Below, piece after piece: positions 37,168 to 46,892 of a DNA stretch of 64,000 nt (its first letter is position 1; each line of letters starts with the position of its first letter). Location: IMG/VR virus record IMGVR_UViG_3300034418_008158, positions 10,245 to 74,244 of that record. One strand, written 5' to 3'. This DNA comes from a virus. The notes below the pieces were generated by a model that searched no databases, was not told the origin of the DNA, and saw only the letters and a list, made by a program, of their open reading frames with translations. The translations under genes and the position numbers were made by a program.

Positions 37168-37277
37168 AATCAGAGGGGGTTTTCAACAGGATCACCACCA
37201 CTGAGCAGCATCTTTGTACATGATATTATTCACGCCAGAGATTTCCTTTACTGCTGAAAATTGGTGGGGGTATTTAA
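37168..37277 (-). promoter_or_regulatory. two degenerate promoter-like motif copies (37168-37186 and 37259-37277)
   Basis: aatcagagggggttttcaa and aattggtgggggtatttaa. Confidence 0.55.
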
Positions 37278-37461
37278 AGTGGGAAGTTTCGAGGGCCTAT
37301 TTTATAGGGTGGCTCACACTCTCACTATTTCTCACCCTCACTATTTCTTTCAAATTTTTCCCAAAAAAAATTTTACCAAAAAAATTGGAAACATAATAGG
37401 GTGTTTGTTATTAGTCTTAAACTTTTGTATCTTTGTAGCTAACCTTTTAAATCTTTATATT

Positions 37462-37803
37462 ATGTTAAAACAAGTTATTTTAGCGTTTTTAGTAGTTATT
37501 GGCCTTGGAGCTATCACTATGAATTTTATGCCTTCTACTTCTTTAGAATCTACTTCTGAAGTTACTTCTAGGTATTCTGTAGTTACTACTGCAAACTTCA
37601 ATGGTACTTATACTATTGTAGTTGATGACATCATTGATGGTGCTATCTCTGAAGGAGAAGTTACTGCTATAGCTGGTGGATCAATTGTAGTTGAAGACAT
37701 CATTGATGGAAACCTAGTAGTTATTGTTACAAAGCCTAGCCCTGCTGATGTTGTAGTTACAATGGATGTAGATGGTATAGTAATTATAGAAACTGTATCT
37801 TAG
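37462..37803 (+). CDS. exported acidic, Val/Ile-rich protein (standalone unit)
   Basis: Signal-like N-terminus MLKQVILAFLVVIGLGA; IVV(D/E)DIIDG repeats; upstream TTTG..TATCTTTG host-type promoter; downstream terminator. Confidence 0.65.
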   Translation: MLKQVILAFLVVIGLGAITMNFMPSTSLESTSEVTSRYSVVTTANFNGTYTIVVDDIIDGAISEGEVTAIAGGSIVVEDIIDGNLVVIVTKPSPADVVVTMDVDGIVIIETVS

Positions 37804-37820
37804 AAGATAAGATTTATTAC

Positions 37821-37854
37821 AAAGCCCTTTGAATTAGTTTCAAAGGGCTTTTTT
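37821..37854. terminator. bidirectional intrinsic terminator
   Basis: AAAGCCCTTTGAA/TTCAAAGGGCTTT hairpin between convergent genes. Confidence 0.85.
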
Positions 37855-37856
37855 AT

Positions 37857-38039
37857 TTAGGATAGGGTTATTGCAGAATAAGGTGTACCATTGATGGTAA
37901 CTTCATACCCATTAAGAGATATTGTAGTTATAAGAGTTAATACTCCATTAATTTTTACACTGTTTCCTGGAGATAGAGTTTGAGCCAGGTTTAGCCCTTT
38001 TAGTAATGAATTTCTTTTTGAACATCTTGAACAAGCCAT
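37857..38039 (-). CDS. small hypothetical protein
   Basis: MACSRC N-terminus; TAATG coupling. Confidence 0.5.
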   Translation of the reverse strand: MACSRCSKRNSLLKGLNLAQTLSPGNSVKINGVLTLITTISLNGYEVTINGTPYSAITLS

Positions 38040-38278
38040 TATGTTTTACCTTTTTGATTAGTTACATTCATTGTAGACCAACTTCCTATGTTAGGTACTC
38101 CTTCAGTTATGTTTGATGTTAAGGCTTCACTTTGACATTCAGGACATTGTACTAGTTTCCAATTCTGATCATAGAAGTTTATATCTCCAATCTTCTGCCT
38201 TAATACTCTAGGAGTAAAGGCATGGTTGTTTTCACATTTAAGTTTCCTCATCTGTTTTCCAATCTTCAGGTTTACCAT
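38039..38278 (-). CDS. zinc-ribbon protein
   Basis: CENNH...CPECQS. Confidence 0.6.
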   Translation of the reverse strand: MVNLKIGKQMRKLKCENNHAFTPRVLRQKIGDINFYDQNWKLVQCPECQSEALTSNITEGVPNIGSWSTMNVTNQKGKT

Positions 38279-38420
38279 ACCACATCTTTCTTTCCATCTC
38301 TAAGCGAGACTTGATGAATGCTTCTTCAGCTTCTTTGTTCTCCTTTATTTTTGCACATCTCTTAACATCCCAAGGAATAGAAGGATAGCACATCTTGTGG
38401 TAATTAGATAATTCACTCAT
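38238..38420 (-). CDS. hypothetical protein
   Basis: 60-aa ORF. Confidence 0.45.
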   Translation of the reverse strand: MSELSNYHKMCYPSIPWDVKRCAKIKENKEAEEAFIKSRLEMERKMWYGKPEDWKTDEET

Positions 38421-38776
38421 AATTCTGATTGTTGTTGTAGCCTATCTCTTAGGAGAAGGCAGATGAAGATAAAAATTAAAGTTTTAAGAATCATAATCTA
38501 TTGATTTTCAAGGTGTTAAGGGGATTATGAATGACAAAAGAAAAAGAACCAAAAAGAAAACCTTATACTTATTCTCTTTATCAACTCGTTGTGACTTCGT
38601 TCTCGCAGGATTATCTCTTCTTTGAAGAGTCAACCTTCGGTGACAAGTTACACTTTTTTTTTGACAATTGGTGCATTTTCATAAATTATTTTTAAATTAT
38701 TTTTCAGAGCCTTGTAGCAGCAGATTATTTTGGCTCTAGGTATTTTATATTTTGTTAAGAAAAAAATTAAAAGAAA

Positions 38777-38810
38777 GGTTTGTTATTGTTAAATATATTC
38801 TTAACTTTGT
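38777..38810 (+). promoter_or_regulatory. Bacteroidota sigma70-type promoter (TTTG ... TAACTTTG) for the structural block
   Basis: ggtttg at about 38777 and TAACTTTG at about 38802, upstream of ATG 38833. Confidence 0.6.
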
Positions 38811-38832
38811 TTCAGATTAAAATGTATCTATA

Positions 38833-39195
38833 ATGATAAACAAAATTCAAAAAGGACTTATGCTAGATAAGGATGAATACTATAAGAAGCATCTTAGTAT
38901 TATTAATCCTATGTTTCCTGTACAGCTAGTGAAGAAAGAGATAGAAGTCCTCGCTGCTTTCTTAGCTCTTGACGAAGCTTTGGTGGAAGACGATTATTTT
39001 AATACAGTAGCAAGAAAGAAAGTGAGAGAGACTCTTAACTTGACAGCAGGGAATCTGAGTAACTATTTAAGGTCTATGATTACTAAAGGCTTTTTAGATA
39101 AGTCAGAGATTTCAGGAAGAATTACTATTAAGGAATTTTTAATACCAGAGACAGAAGCTCAGGGTTATATGTTTAAGATTGTAAATAAAGGGTAG
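38833..39195 (+). CDS. winged-HTH DNA-binding protein
   Basis: RKKVRETLNLTAGNLSNYLRSMITKGFL. Confidence 0.7.
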   Translation: MINKIQKGLMLDKDEYYKKHLSIINPMFPVQLVKKEIEVLAAFLALDEALVEDDYFNTVARKKVRETLNLTAGNLSNYLRSMITKGFLDKSEISGRITIKEFLIPETEAQGYMFKIVNKG

Positions 39196-39528
39196 ATGCG
39201 AATAAAACAAAAGAGTCAAGATAGTAGGGAGTTGATTACAGAGTTTCATCAGGAGTTATTAGAGAAATACCCTGATATAACTTATGAAGAAGTAAGAGAT
39301 ATTTGTTATGCACCTTTTACTTTTACTAGGAAACAAATGGAAAGTGGCGAATGTAAGACAGTTAGATTAAAATACTTCGGTACGTTTAGAGTATATCCAG
39401 GAAGAGCGAAAGGGTTATTAGTTAGACTAAAAGATAAATTTGAGGCAAAGCTAGTCGAGCCCTCTGAGTATTTTAGAATCAAAGCAATGATAGAAACTTA
39501 TCTACAAGACAATGAAAGTAAAGATTAA
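39196..39528 (+). CDS. HU/IHF-like DNA-binding protein
   Basis: TVRLKYFGTFRV motif; conserved position in crAss-like structural modules. Confidence 0.7.
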   Translation: MRIKQKSQDSRELITEFHQELLEKYPDITYEEVRDICYAPFTFTRKQMESGECKTVRLKYFGTFRVYPGRAKGLLVRLKDKFEAKLVEPSEYFRIKAMIETYLQDNESKD

Positions 39529-39709
39529 ATTAAAAGATACTACAACACCTGTATTTTATGACAAGGTATTGTCTCACTTCTTAGAAGGGCCGACTTTGGC
39601 TTTGCTCTTTGAAGATGGAAGTGTAAGAAATTTTCCTCTAGTACATATATGGTACTACGAAACAACTCAAGCAAGAGAAAAAACCAAAGTACCAAATGAA
39701 ATTATTTGA
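39512..39709 (+). CDS. hypothetical protein
   Basis: 65-aa overlapping ORF. Confidence 0.55.
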   Translation: MKVKIKLKDTTTPVFYDKVLSHFLEGPTLALLFEDGSVRNFPLVHIWYYETTQAREKTKVPNEII

Positions 39710-40130
39710 TCCTTACCACTGGCTACTTGGAAATTTACGCTACCAGCTTTTTTATTCTCCTAGGTTTAATTGGTTGATTAGAAAGCATATCATGCAACAA
39801 ATAGTTTGGAGGATAGAAATGATGAATCCTACATGTTTTAATACAGGAAGTTGTGTAGAGTGTGGTTGTAAAACGACAGCATTGCAGATGGCTAATAAAG
39901 CTTGTGATGGTAAATGTTATCCTCCAATGATGTCAAGAAGGAAGCTAAAAAGATTTCTTGAAGGAGAAGAAATAAATGGCTGGTTACTATTAATAGATAG
40001 ACAAAAAGTTTATACTTACAGTATCTATGAGGATAGAGAGAATTATATGATGAAGGAATCTCATTACCTTTATCATTATGGTACAATTGTGAATGAGAAA
40101 GATTTTAAAAAACAATTGAATAATGGATAA
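39696..40130 (+). CDS. Cys-rich (Zn-binding) hypothetical protein
   Basis: CFNTGSCVECGC...KACDGKCYP. Confidence 0.65.
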   Translation: MKLFDPYHWLLGNLRYQLFYSPRFNWLIRKHIMQQIVWRIEMMNPTCFNTGSCVECGCKTTALQMANKACDGKCYPPMMSRRKLKRFLEGEEINGWLLLIDRQKVYTYSIYEDRENYMMKESHYLYHYGTIVNEKDFKKQLNNG

Positions 40131-40437
40131 ATGGGCAGCGACAAGTATTAAAAAGCTTACAGGGGTTGAGACTGGTACAGTAGTCACATTGACTTATCAA
40201 GCGTTAGAACCTTTACGAATTGAAGAGATTAAACCTGGATGTGGTTGTACTACAGTAAAGTACGATGAAAATACTATGCAGCTTACAGTAGATTATAAAG
40301 CTGAGACAATCCCTAAGCATTTGAAAGGGCAAGGTTGGTTTTATGCAGCAAAAGTTATAGTAGTTAAATATGTAGATGGTGATCCTGATAGATTAACTTT
40401 TACATTAAAAGTAATAGATAATGGCATTTCTATTTAA
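40123..40437 (+). CDS. DUF1573-like Ig-fold protein
   Basis: IEEIKPGCGCTT motif. Confidence 0.65.
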   Translation: MDKWAATSIKKLTGVETGTVVTLTYQALEPLRIEEIKPGCGCTTVKYDENTMQLTVDYKAETIPKHLKGQGWFYAAKVIVVKYVDGDPDRLTFTLKVIDNGISI

Positions 40438-40999
40438 AGTAGAAGAAAAACTAGTGTTTCCTAATACGGAAACTTTATTGATCTCTCCTTTCAAAGATAT
40501 ATGGGAAAGAGATACAAGTAAGAATAAATCAAATGCTCTTGAAGAGTTTGCTTATATAGAGTTTATGACTTCAATGAAGAAGTCAAATCCTTATCGTCAA
40601 TATGATGACTCAAGAAAAGAGCAAGTGGTAAAGGAAGCAGTCATTACACAAGAGAACTGGAAACCAGATCAATTAGTTAGAGAAGCTCTTATTCAGATGG
40701 AAGAGTTTCAGACAAATGGTTCTAGTACATATTCATATTACTTGGCAACAAAAACTGCTGCTGAGAATTTGAAAGAGTTTTTCCTAAATGTAGATGTTAA
40801 CGAAAGAAATGAAAAGGGTGTTCCTGTATATAAGCCAAGAGAAATTACAGCAGCTTTAAATGATACAGAGAAAGTCCTTACTAATCTCAAAGCTCTTGAG
40901 AAAAAAGTAGAAGAGGAACTTTATGAAACTACTAAAAATAGAGCAGATAAAGAGATTTCACCTTTTGCTAACCCTAGAAGTCTTACTAAAAAACGTTAG
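40421..40999 (+). CDS. conserved phage protein, possible terminase small subunit
   Basis: Helical, C-terminal coiled coil, upstream of TerL. Confidence 0.45.
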   Translation: MAFLFKVEEKLVFPNTETLLISPFKDIWERDTSKNKSNALEEFAYIEFMTSMKKSNPYRQYDDSRKEQVVKEAVITQENWKPDQLVREALIQMEEFQTNGSSTYSYYLATKTAAENLKEFFLNVDVNERNEKGVPVYKPREITAALNDTEKVLTNLKALEKKVEEELYETTKNRADKEISPFANPRSLTKKR

Positions 41000-41125
41000 T
41001 TATGATTAACCGAATTAAACATGCTATTTGGAAATTGTACACAGGGAGAACATTGTCTCTACATGAATTCACACTTCTTGAACAAGAGAAGAGAGAATTG
41101 AGAAGAGCAGGAAGCCTGCACCACG

Positions 41126-41566
41126 ATGATAAGAAAAGGTATGGAAGGTAGTTTACCACAATGGAAGTTCGCTTCTGGCAAAGAGGCGAACTTTATTCAA
41201 GCTTTTAATAAAGAGGCTTTAGGATTTATTTATGAAGTTGAGTTTAACAACGGAAAGAAATATTTAGGAAGGAAAGCCCTTTATCATACACGTACTCTTA
41301 AACCTTTAAAAGGTAAAAAGAAAAAGAGAATTAAAGTAGTAGAATCAGATTGGCTAAAATATATTGGTTCTTTTAAAGACGAAGAACTAAAAGAGCAAAT
41401 GAAAAGTGGACATCTAACTGTAGTTAAAAGAACTATCCTTAGAGAATGTTTAAGTAAGTGGGAAATGTCTTACTATGAAACTAAGCATCTTTTTGAAAAG
41501 GATTGTCTTTTGTCTAATGAGTATTACAATAATAACATCTTAGGAAAATTCTATAAACCAAAGTAA
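41126..41566 (+). CDS. GIY-YIG family endonuclease-like protein
   Basis: GFIY...KKYLGRK, ESDW..Y.GS, YYN.NI. Confidence 0.75.
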   Translation: MIRKGMEGSLPQWKFASGKEANFIQAFNKEALGFIYEVEFNNGKKYLGRKALYHTRTLKPLKGKKKKRIKVVESDWLKYIGSFKDEELKEQMKSGHLTVVKRTILRECLSKWEMSYYETKHLFEKDCLLSNEYYNNNILGKFYKPK

Positions 41567-41707
41567 AATGCAAAAATTGTATAAAAATAAAGAAGGTCAC
41601 TTATTTTTTGAATGTCTTATAGCAGAAATGCAAATTGTAATAATGTACACACCTATTTTATATGGTGAGGAAGAAAATTATCAAATCGTAGAAAAAGAAA
41701 TGTTTGT

Positions 41708-42190
41708 ATGAAATATATATCAGTAGTAGTTTTTTGTTTTATTACCATGTTAGGTTTCAGTCAGAAATCTGATCATATTGTGAAACCTAGCATTGGTCTT
41801 TACCTGGAGCATATACAATTCTTTAATCCTGAACTCGCTTATGGTAGTAATTTATATCCAGGATTAGAATTAAATTTTAAACACTCTGTAAGGGGGATAA
41901 ATTGGATTGGGACTGACTTTGGTATATTATATAATACTGATGAAGAGTTGCCTACTTTTTATCTTGGTATTGCTATTAGAAAATCTTTTTTTGAAGATAA
42001 AATGGCTGTACACTTTTTATTACCAAGGATGTCTATGCCTTTTGATGGTTGGAGACCAATAGGATATAATACACCTTTTGGGTTTGAGTTTAGATTTGGA
42101 AAAGAAAAAGTTAGAGTTAAAATAAGTACTTTATTTTATAACAACGGTGTTGTTAATAGACTTACAGTGTTCTACAAAATATTAAAATAA
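41708..42190 (+). CDS. putative small outer-membrane beta-barrel protein
   Basis: Signal peptide MKYISVVVFCFITMLGFS-Q; alternating hydrophobic/aromatic strands. Confidence 0.5.
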   Translation: MKYISVVVFCFITMLGFSQKSDHIVKPSIGLYLEHIQFFNPELAYGSNLYPGLELNFKHSVRGINWIGTDFGILYNTDEELPTFYLGIAIRKSFFEDKMAVHFLLPRMSMPFDGWRPIGYNTPFGFEFRFGKEKVRVKISTLFYNNGVVNRLTVFYKILK

Positions 42191-42208
42191 TGTTTAGACT
42201 ATTTAAGA

Positions 42209-44386
42209 ATGACTATAACTACTGATATATACGAAGAAGGGAAAGCTGCTTCGGTTAGGAATCCTCAAGGTATTTGGATTAATAGTCAAGTGTTTAGGGA
42301 AGAGGGTACTCATTTTATGAAACATGGATATTATTGTCCTGACCCTTGGGAATCCCCTGCATGGTTTGATTATTGGTTTGAACAGAGAAGAAGATGTATA
42401 GAAGGATATTCTGTTGGAGGAACTAAGATAACAGGTGATCATTATTTTTACCTAAACTTTTGTCCTATTCAAAAGGCTCAAGATGCTCAAGCTTTATCAA
42501 GAACAATTAAGATTGAAGGCTTTCCTGATTTTTGGGATGGTGATTTTAATTATTTTTGGATTAGAGAAATTGCTAGGTATGGTGTACTTGATACTTTAGC
42601 TGATGATGACACTAAACATGCAATACTAGAGTTAGACAGTATTGAGCAAGCAATTAAACTAAAGGAGCTATTTGAGTCATTGCACTTGGAAGTTAAATTA
42701 GAGGCTGACTGCTTAACTGGTGGTTGGAATCTTATAGTAGGTAAGGCAAGAAGAAGGGGCTACTCTTATAAGTCTGCTGCTGCTGCGGTAAGAAATTACT
42801 ACACAAAACCTAAATCATTAACTATTTTTGCAGCCTATGAAAAGAAGTACCTTTATCCAGGGGGACTTATGACTATGGCTACAAACTATATCAACTTCAT
42901 CAATAAGAATACAGGATGGGCAATGCCTTCTGATGTTATACAAAAACAAGATCACATTAGAGCATCTTATATTCAGTATAGGAAAGGTATTAAAATTGAA
43001 GATGGATTTATGTCTCAACTTCAAGGTCTTACTTTTAAAGATAATGCAGATGCAGCAAGGGGAAAAGATGCTGAAGAAGTTTACTTTGAAGAGTCAGGTG
43101 CATTTGGTACACCTGGATTATTGAAGAAATCATATAAAGCAACTGAAGATTGTGTAATGGCTGGAGCAATTAAAACAGGTATGATAACTATCTTTGGTAC
43201 ATCTGGAGATATGGAAGGTGGTACTGCGGATTATGCTGATATGCACTCAAGACCTAAAGCCTTTGGTCTTTTACCTTTTAAGAATGTTTGGGATGCAGGA
43301 ATGGAAGAAACTACATCAGGATTTTTTCATCCTATCACTTGGAATATGGAGGGGGGATTTTATGATGAACAAGGTAACTCTGATGTTGCTGCTGCAACTG
43401 CTGCTGAGCTTTTAACAAGAAAAGAACTTATTAAACATGGTGCAACTTCAACAGAGATTCAACAAAGGATGCAAGAGAAACCTCTGGGCCCAAGTGAAGC
43501 TTTCTCTGCTGTATCAGTTAATAATTTTCCTGTTGTTGAGTTAAAGAGACAATTAAGATTAGTAAAAGGTCGTGATTTACAAAGGTATAAAGGTACTCCT
43601 GTAGAACTTAGTTATGGTAAAGAGGGTGAAGTAATTGCTAAACCAATCATAGATGGTTCAGCAGAACCTATTTGGTCATATTATAATGTACCAACAAACA
43701 AAAGAGGTGTTCCTACTATATATGAATACCCTGTAGAATTACCACAAAAAGGCCTATATAAAATTGGATATGACCCTGTTAGGCAAGATATAGGTACATC
43801 TTTGGCAGCTATTATTGTTTATAAAAGTTTTCATGTAGGGAGTATGTATCATAATATTATTGTAGCTGAATATGTAGGAAGAAAGGAGTCTCCTGAAGAT
43901 ATGGATAGAATAGCTGAGATGTTTGCAGTCTTATATAATACTAAGGTAATGTATGAGAATGAAGTAACAGGAGTTAAAAACTATTTCAGAAGAGCGAAGA
44001 AATTACATTTACTGGCAGCTCAGCCTGATGCAGTTATTAGTAAAAACATCAAAAAATCAAAAGTAGCTAGAGTTTTTGGGTGTCATATGAATGAGCAACT
44101 TAAAGATGCAGGAGAAAGGTATGTCAAAGATTGGCTGTTAACTATATTGGATTATGATGAAAATGGTAATCCTGTAACAGTTATTGATAGGATTTATTCT
44201 GTTAGGTTATTAGAAGAATTAATAGCTTATAATAGAAAAGGAAACTTTGATTTAGTATCTGCGTTGTTTATGTGTATGTTCCAAGTACAAGAAGAAACCC
44301 TTGATAAAGAGTACGGAGAAGACAAGGGAAATAAAAATGCTAAGAAATTACTTGCATTAATGGATAAAATGCACAGAAAGAACTAA
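42209..44386 (+). CDS. terL: terminase large subunit
   Basis: ITGDHYFYLNF, KARRRGYSY Walker A, FEESG Walker B, FGTSG, GYDP, YEN, NFDLVSA. Confidence 0.93.
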   Translation: MTITTDIYEEGKAASVRNPQGIWINSQVFREEGTHFMKHGYYCPDPWESPAWFDYWFEQRRRCIEGYSVGGTKITGDHYFYLNFCPIQKAQDAQALSRTIKIEGFPDFWDGDFNYFWIREIARYGVLDTLADDDTKHAILELDSIEQAIKLKELFESLHLEVKLEADCLTGGWNLIVGKARRRGYSYKSAAAAVRNYYTKPKSLTIFAAYEKKYLYPGGLMTMATNYINFINKNTGWAMPSDVIQKQDHIRASYIQYRKGIKIEDGFMSQLQGLTFKDNADAARGKDAEEVYFEESGAFGTPGLLKKSYKATEDCVMAGAIKTGMITIFGTSGDMEGGTADYADMHSRPKAFGLLPFKNVWDAGMEETTSGFFHPITWNMEGGFYDEQGNSDVAAATAAELLTRKELIKHGATSTEIQQRMQEKPLGPSEAFSAVSVNNFPVVELKRQLRLVKGRDLQRYKGTPVELSYGKEGEVIAKPIIDGSAEPIWSYYNVPTNKRGVPTIYEYPVELPQKGLYKIGYDPVRQDIGTSLAAIIVYKSFHVGSMYHNIIVAEYVGRKESPEDMDRIAEMFAVLYNTKVMYENEVTGVKNYFRRAKKLHLLAAQPDAVISKNIKKSKVARVFGCHMNEQLKDAGERYVKDWLLTILDYDENGNPVTVIDRIYSVRLLEELIAYNRKGNFDLVSALFMCMFQVQEETLDKEYGEDKGNKNAKKLLALMDKMHRKN

Positions 44387-44405
44387 CTTTGTAAAAATTT
44401 ACCTT

Positions 44406-46808
44406 ATGGAAAAAGTAACCCGAAATCAACGATTATCTTTAGCTCAAAAGAATGCACATGATAAACGTTGGTATAAAGAAGAAGCAGATAGACTAGATGC
44501 TCAAGGAACAGGATCAGTTGGATATGGTGGAATCCTGGACTACAAAAGAATGAAAGTCAATTATGATCTTTTTAATAACATATTAAACTTAACAGACTTT
44601 GAATATGTTTTTCAACCTTATGGAGCAGAAGTAGGAGAACTTCCTGCTTCGATGGTGAATAGAGATATATCATCAGGAAAGATTAAAGCTATTCTTGGCA
44701 TGGAAATGAAGAGATCATTTTCCTGGAGAGCTATAGCTACTAATCCTGAAGCCACAACTAGAAGAGAACAAGAAGAGTTTGGAAGAGTAAGAGAATGGGT
44801 GATAAACTCTATCATGGAACCTATTCGTCAACAAATTGAAATGGAAAGCCAACAAGAGATGGCTGGTGGGGAAGAACTTACAGAAGAGCAGAAGAAGCAA
44901 ATACAAGCACAAATTGCTGAACAAACTAAATCTCAAACTCCTGCTGAAGTTCATAAATACATGGAAAGGGAACATCAAGACCCTGCTGAAGTCATGTCTC
45001 ATCAATTACTTGAATACCTTATTCAAAAATGTGAATTGAAAAGAAAGTTCAATGAAGCGTTTAAGCATGGTTTATTATCTGCAAAAGGAGTTATGTATGT
45101 AGGAGTGATGAATGGTGAGCCCCAAGCTTGGAATGTAAACTCTCTAAGATTTAGATGTGATAAGTCAGCAGATACCCCTTTTACTCAGAATGGAGAATGG
45201 GCTACTTGTGAATATAGAATGACACCTTCAGAAGTTGTTGCACATTTTGGAGACGAAATGTCAGGAAAAGAGATTGATGATCTTTATAGCAACTACTCTC
45301 ATCACAGAGAAAGTAAACTTAGAGACAGTCTTTTTAGCTTTGATAACTATGATGACGATGATAATAGCACAGTAAGAGTGCTTCATTGTGTCTGGAAATC
45401 TTTGAGAAAGATAGGTTTCTTGCAATACCTGGATGAGGATAAGATGCCTCAAGAAATGATAGTGGATGAACATTATAAGTTAGATGTTGATTCAGGGGAT
45501 ATAGAAATTGAATGGCAATGGATTCCAGAAGTCTATGAGACATGGAAAATTGGTGCTGATATTTATAAGCAGATGCAACCTATTCCAGGTCAATTTAAAG
45601 ATATTGATAATTTATATCAGTGTGATTTACCTTATTATGGTGTTATTTATGACAACATGAACTCAGAAGAAACATCTTTAATGGATCGTCTTAAACCGTA
45701 TCAATACTATTATAACATAGTAATGTATAGGTTAGAGTTGCTTTTAGCTTCTGATAAAGGTAAAAAAGTTCTTATGAATATTAATGCTATTCCTGATAGT
45801 GCTGGTATTGATATTGAGAAATGGAAATACTTTATGGATGCCTCTCCTGTAATGTGGTATGACCCTAATGAAGAAGGTACAGAATATAATGATGTGAACA
45901 CTTTGGCTAAGACTATTGATTTATCTTTAGCTTCAGATATAGGTAAGTACATTGAACTTGCTGAGTATCTAAAAACACAAGCTGGTTTATCAGTTGGTAT
46001 TCCAGCTAATGTAGAAGGGCAATCTAGTCCTTATGAAGGTAAAGCTACAGGTCAACAAAAGCTTATTCAATCTTCTCACATCTTAGAACCTTATTATGAT
46101 TTACATGCTCACATGAAAAGAAGTGTCTTACAAGCTCTTCTTGAGACTGCTAAAATAGCATATGCTAACTCTGGTAAAACTAAGCTTACTTATATTTTAG
46201 ATGATATGTCAAGAAAGATTATTGATTTAGACTTGGCATTACTTGAAAACTCTACTTTAGGCATCTTTGTTCAAGACAGTGCTAAAGCAGAAGAAGTACA
46301 GGAGCTTATTAGAAACCTTGCACATGCAGCTATGCAGTCACAGAAAGTTGAATTTTCTGATGTTATTGCAGTTGTTAAACAAAAAGGTATCGTTGAAGCT
46401 GAAGAAGCCCTTAAAGCTGCTGAAGCACAAAGAAGAGAATTTGAACAAGGTATGCAAGAACAACAGTCTCAAGCTGCTGCTCAAGAGGCAGAGAAGCAAA
46501 GAGACTTTCAAAGAGAAGTATGGGAGCATGAAAAAGATATGGCTATCCTTAAAGAGGAAGAGAAGAGAAAAACAGAAGTTGTTAAAGGTGGTATAATGGG
46601 TGCATCTTTTAACCCTGAGTCAGACAGAGATCAAGATGGTGTAAATGACTTTATTGAAATAGCAAGAGATGGTTTAGATGCAGATATTAAAGTCAGTAAG
46701 CAGCAGTTAGAAAAAGAGAAATTTGAGCATCAAAAAGAGATGGACAAGGAAAAAGTAGACTTAGAGAAGAAAAAGCTAAAAGCTTCTTCGGCTAAAAGTT
46801 CTAAATAA
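44406..46808 (+). CDS. portal protein
   Basis: 800 aa after TerL; LPYYG, SLMDRLKPYQY.YN, C-terminal coiled coil and D.D.DG..D motif. Confidence 0.88.
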   Translation: MEKVTRNQRLSLAQKNAHDKRWYKEEADRLDAQGTGSVGYGGILDYKRMKVNYDLFNNILNLTDFEYVFQPYGAEVGELPASMVNRDISSGKIKAILGMEMKRSFSWRAIATNPEATTRREQEEFGRVREWVINSIMEPIRQQIEMESQQEMAGGEELTEEQKKQIQAQIAEQTKSQTPAEVHKYMEREHQDPAEVMSHQLLEYLIQKCELKRKFNEAFKHGLLSAKGVMYVGVMNGEPQAWNVNSLRFRCDKSADTPFTQNGEWATCEYRMTPSEVVAHFGDEMSGKEIDDLYSNYSHHRESKLRDSLFSFDNYDDDDNSTVRVLHCVWKSLRKIGFLQYLDEDKMPQEMIVDEHYKLDVDSGDIEIEWQWIPEVYETWKIGADIYKQMQPIPGQFKDIDNLYQCDLPYYGVIYDNMNSEETSLMDRLKPYQYYYNIVMYRLELLLASDKGKKVLMNINAIPDSAGIDIEKWKYFMDASPVMWYDPNEEGTEYNDVNTLAKTIDLSLASDIGKYIELAEYLKTQAGLSVGIPANVEGQSSPYEGKATGQQKLIQSSHILEPYYDLHAHMKRSVLQALLETAKIAYANSGKTKLTYILDDMSRKIIDLDLALLENSTLGIFVQDSAKAEEVQELIRNLAHAAMQSQKVEFSDVIAVVKQKGIVEAEEALKAAEAQRREFEQGMQEQQSQAAAQEAEKQRDFQREVWEHEKDMAILKEEEKRKTEVVKGGIMGASFNPESDRDQDGVNDFIEIARDGLDADIKVSKQQLEKEKFEHQKEMDKEKVDLEKKKLKASSAKSSK

Positions 46809-46892
46809 TAAGAATTAGCTATTAGTGTTTGAAAATAGATAATTAAGTTTTATACTTGAAAAACGTTAAGTTTAATATTAAATTTGTACTGT

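Noticed and set aside
21070-37277. CRISPR array interpretation of the repeated 19-mer
   Set aside because: Copies are dispersed with irregular, mostly kilobase spacing and sit upstream of genes
42209-44386. Inteins or introns in TerL, PolA, RNR
   Set aside because: ORFs are continuous, of normal size, with no splicing motifs
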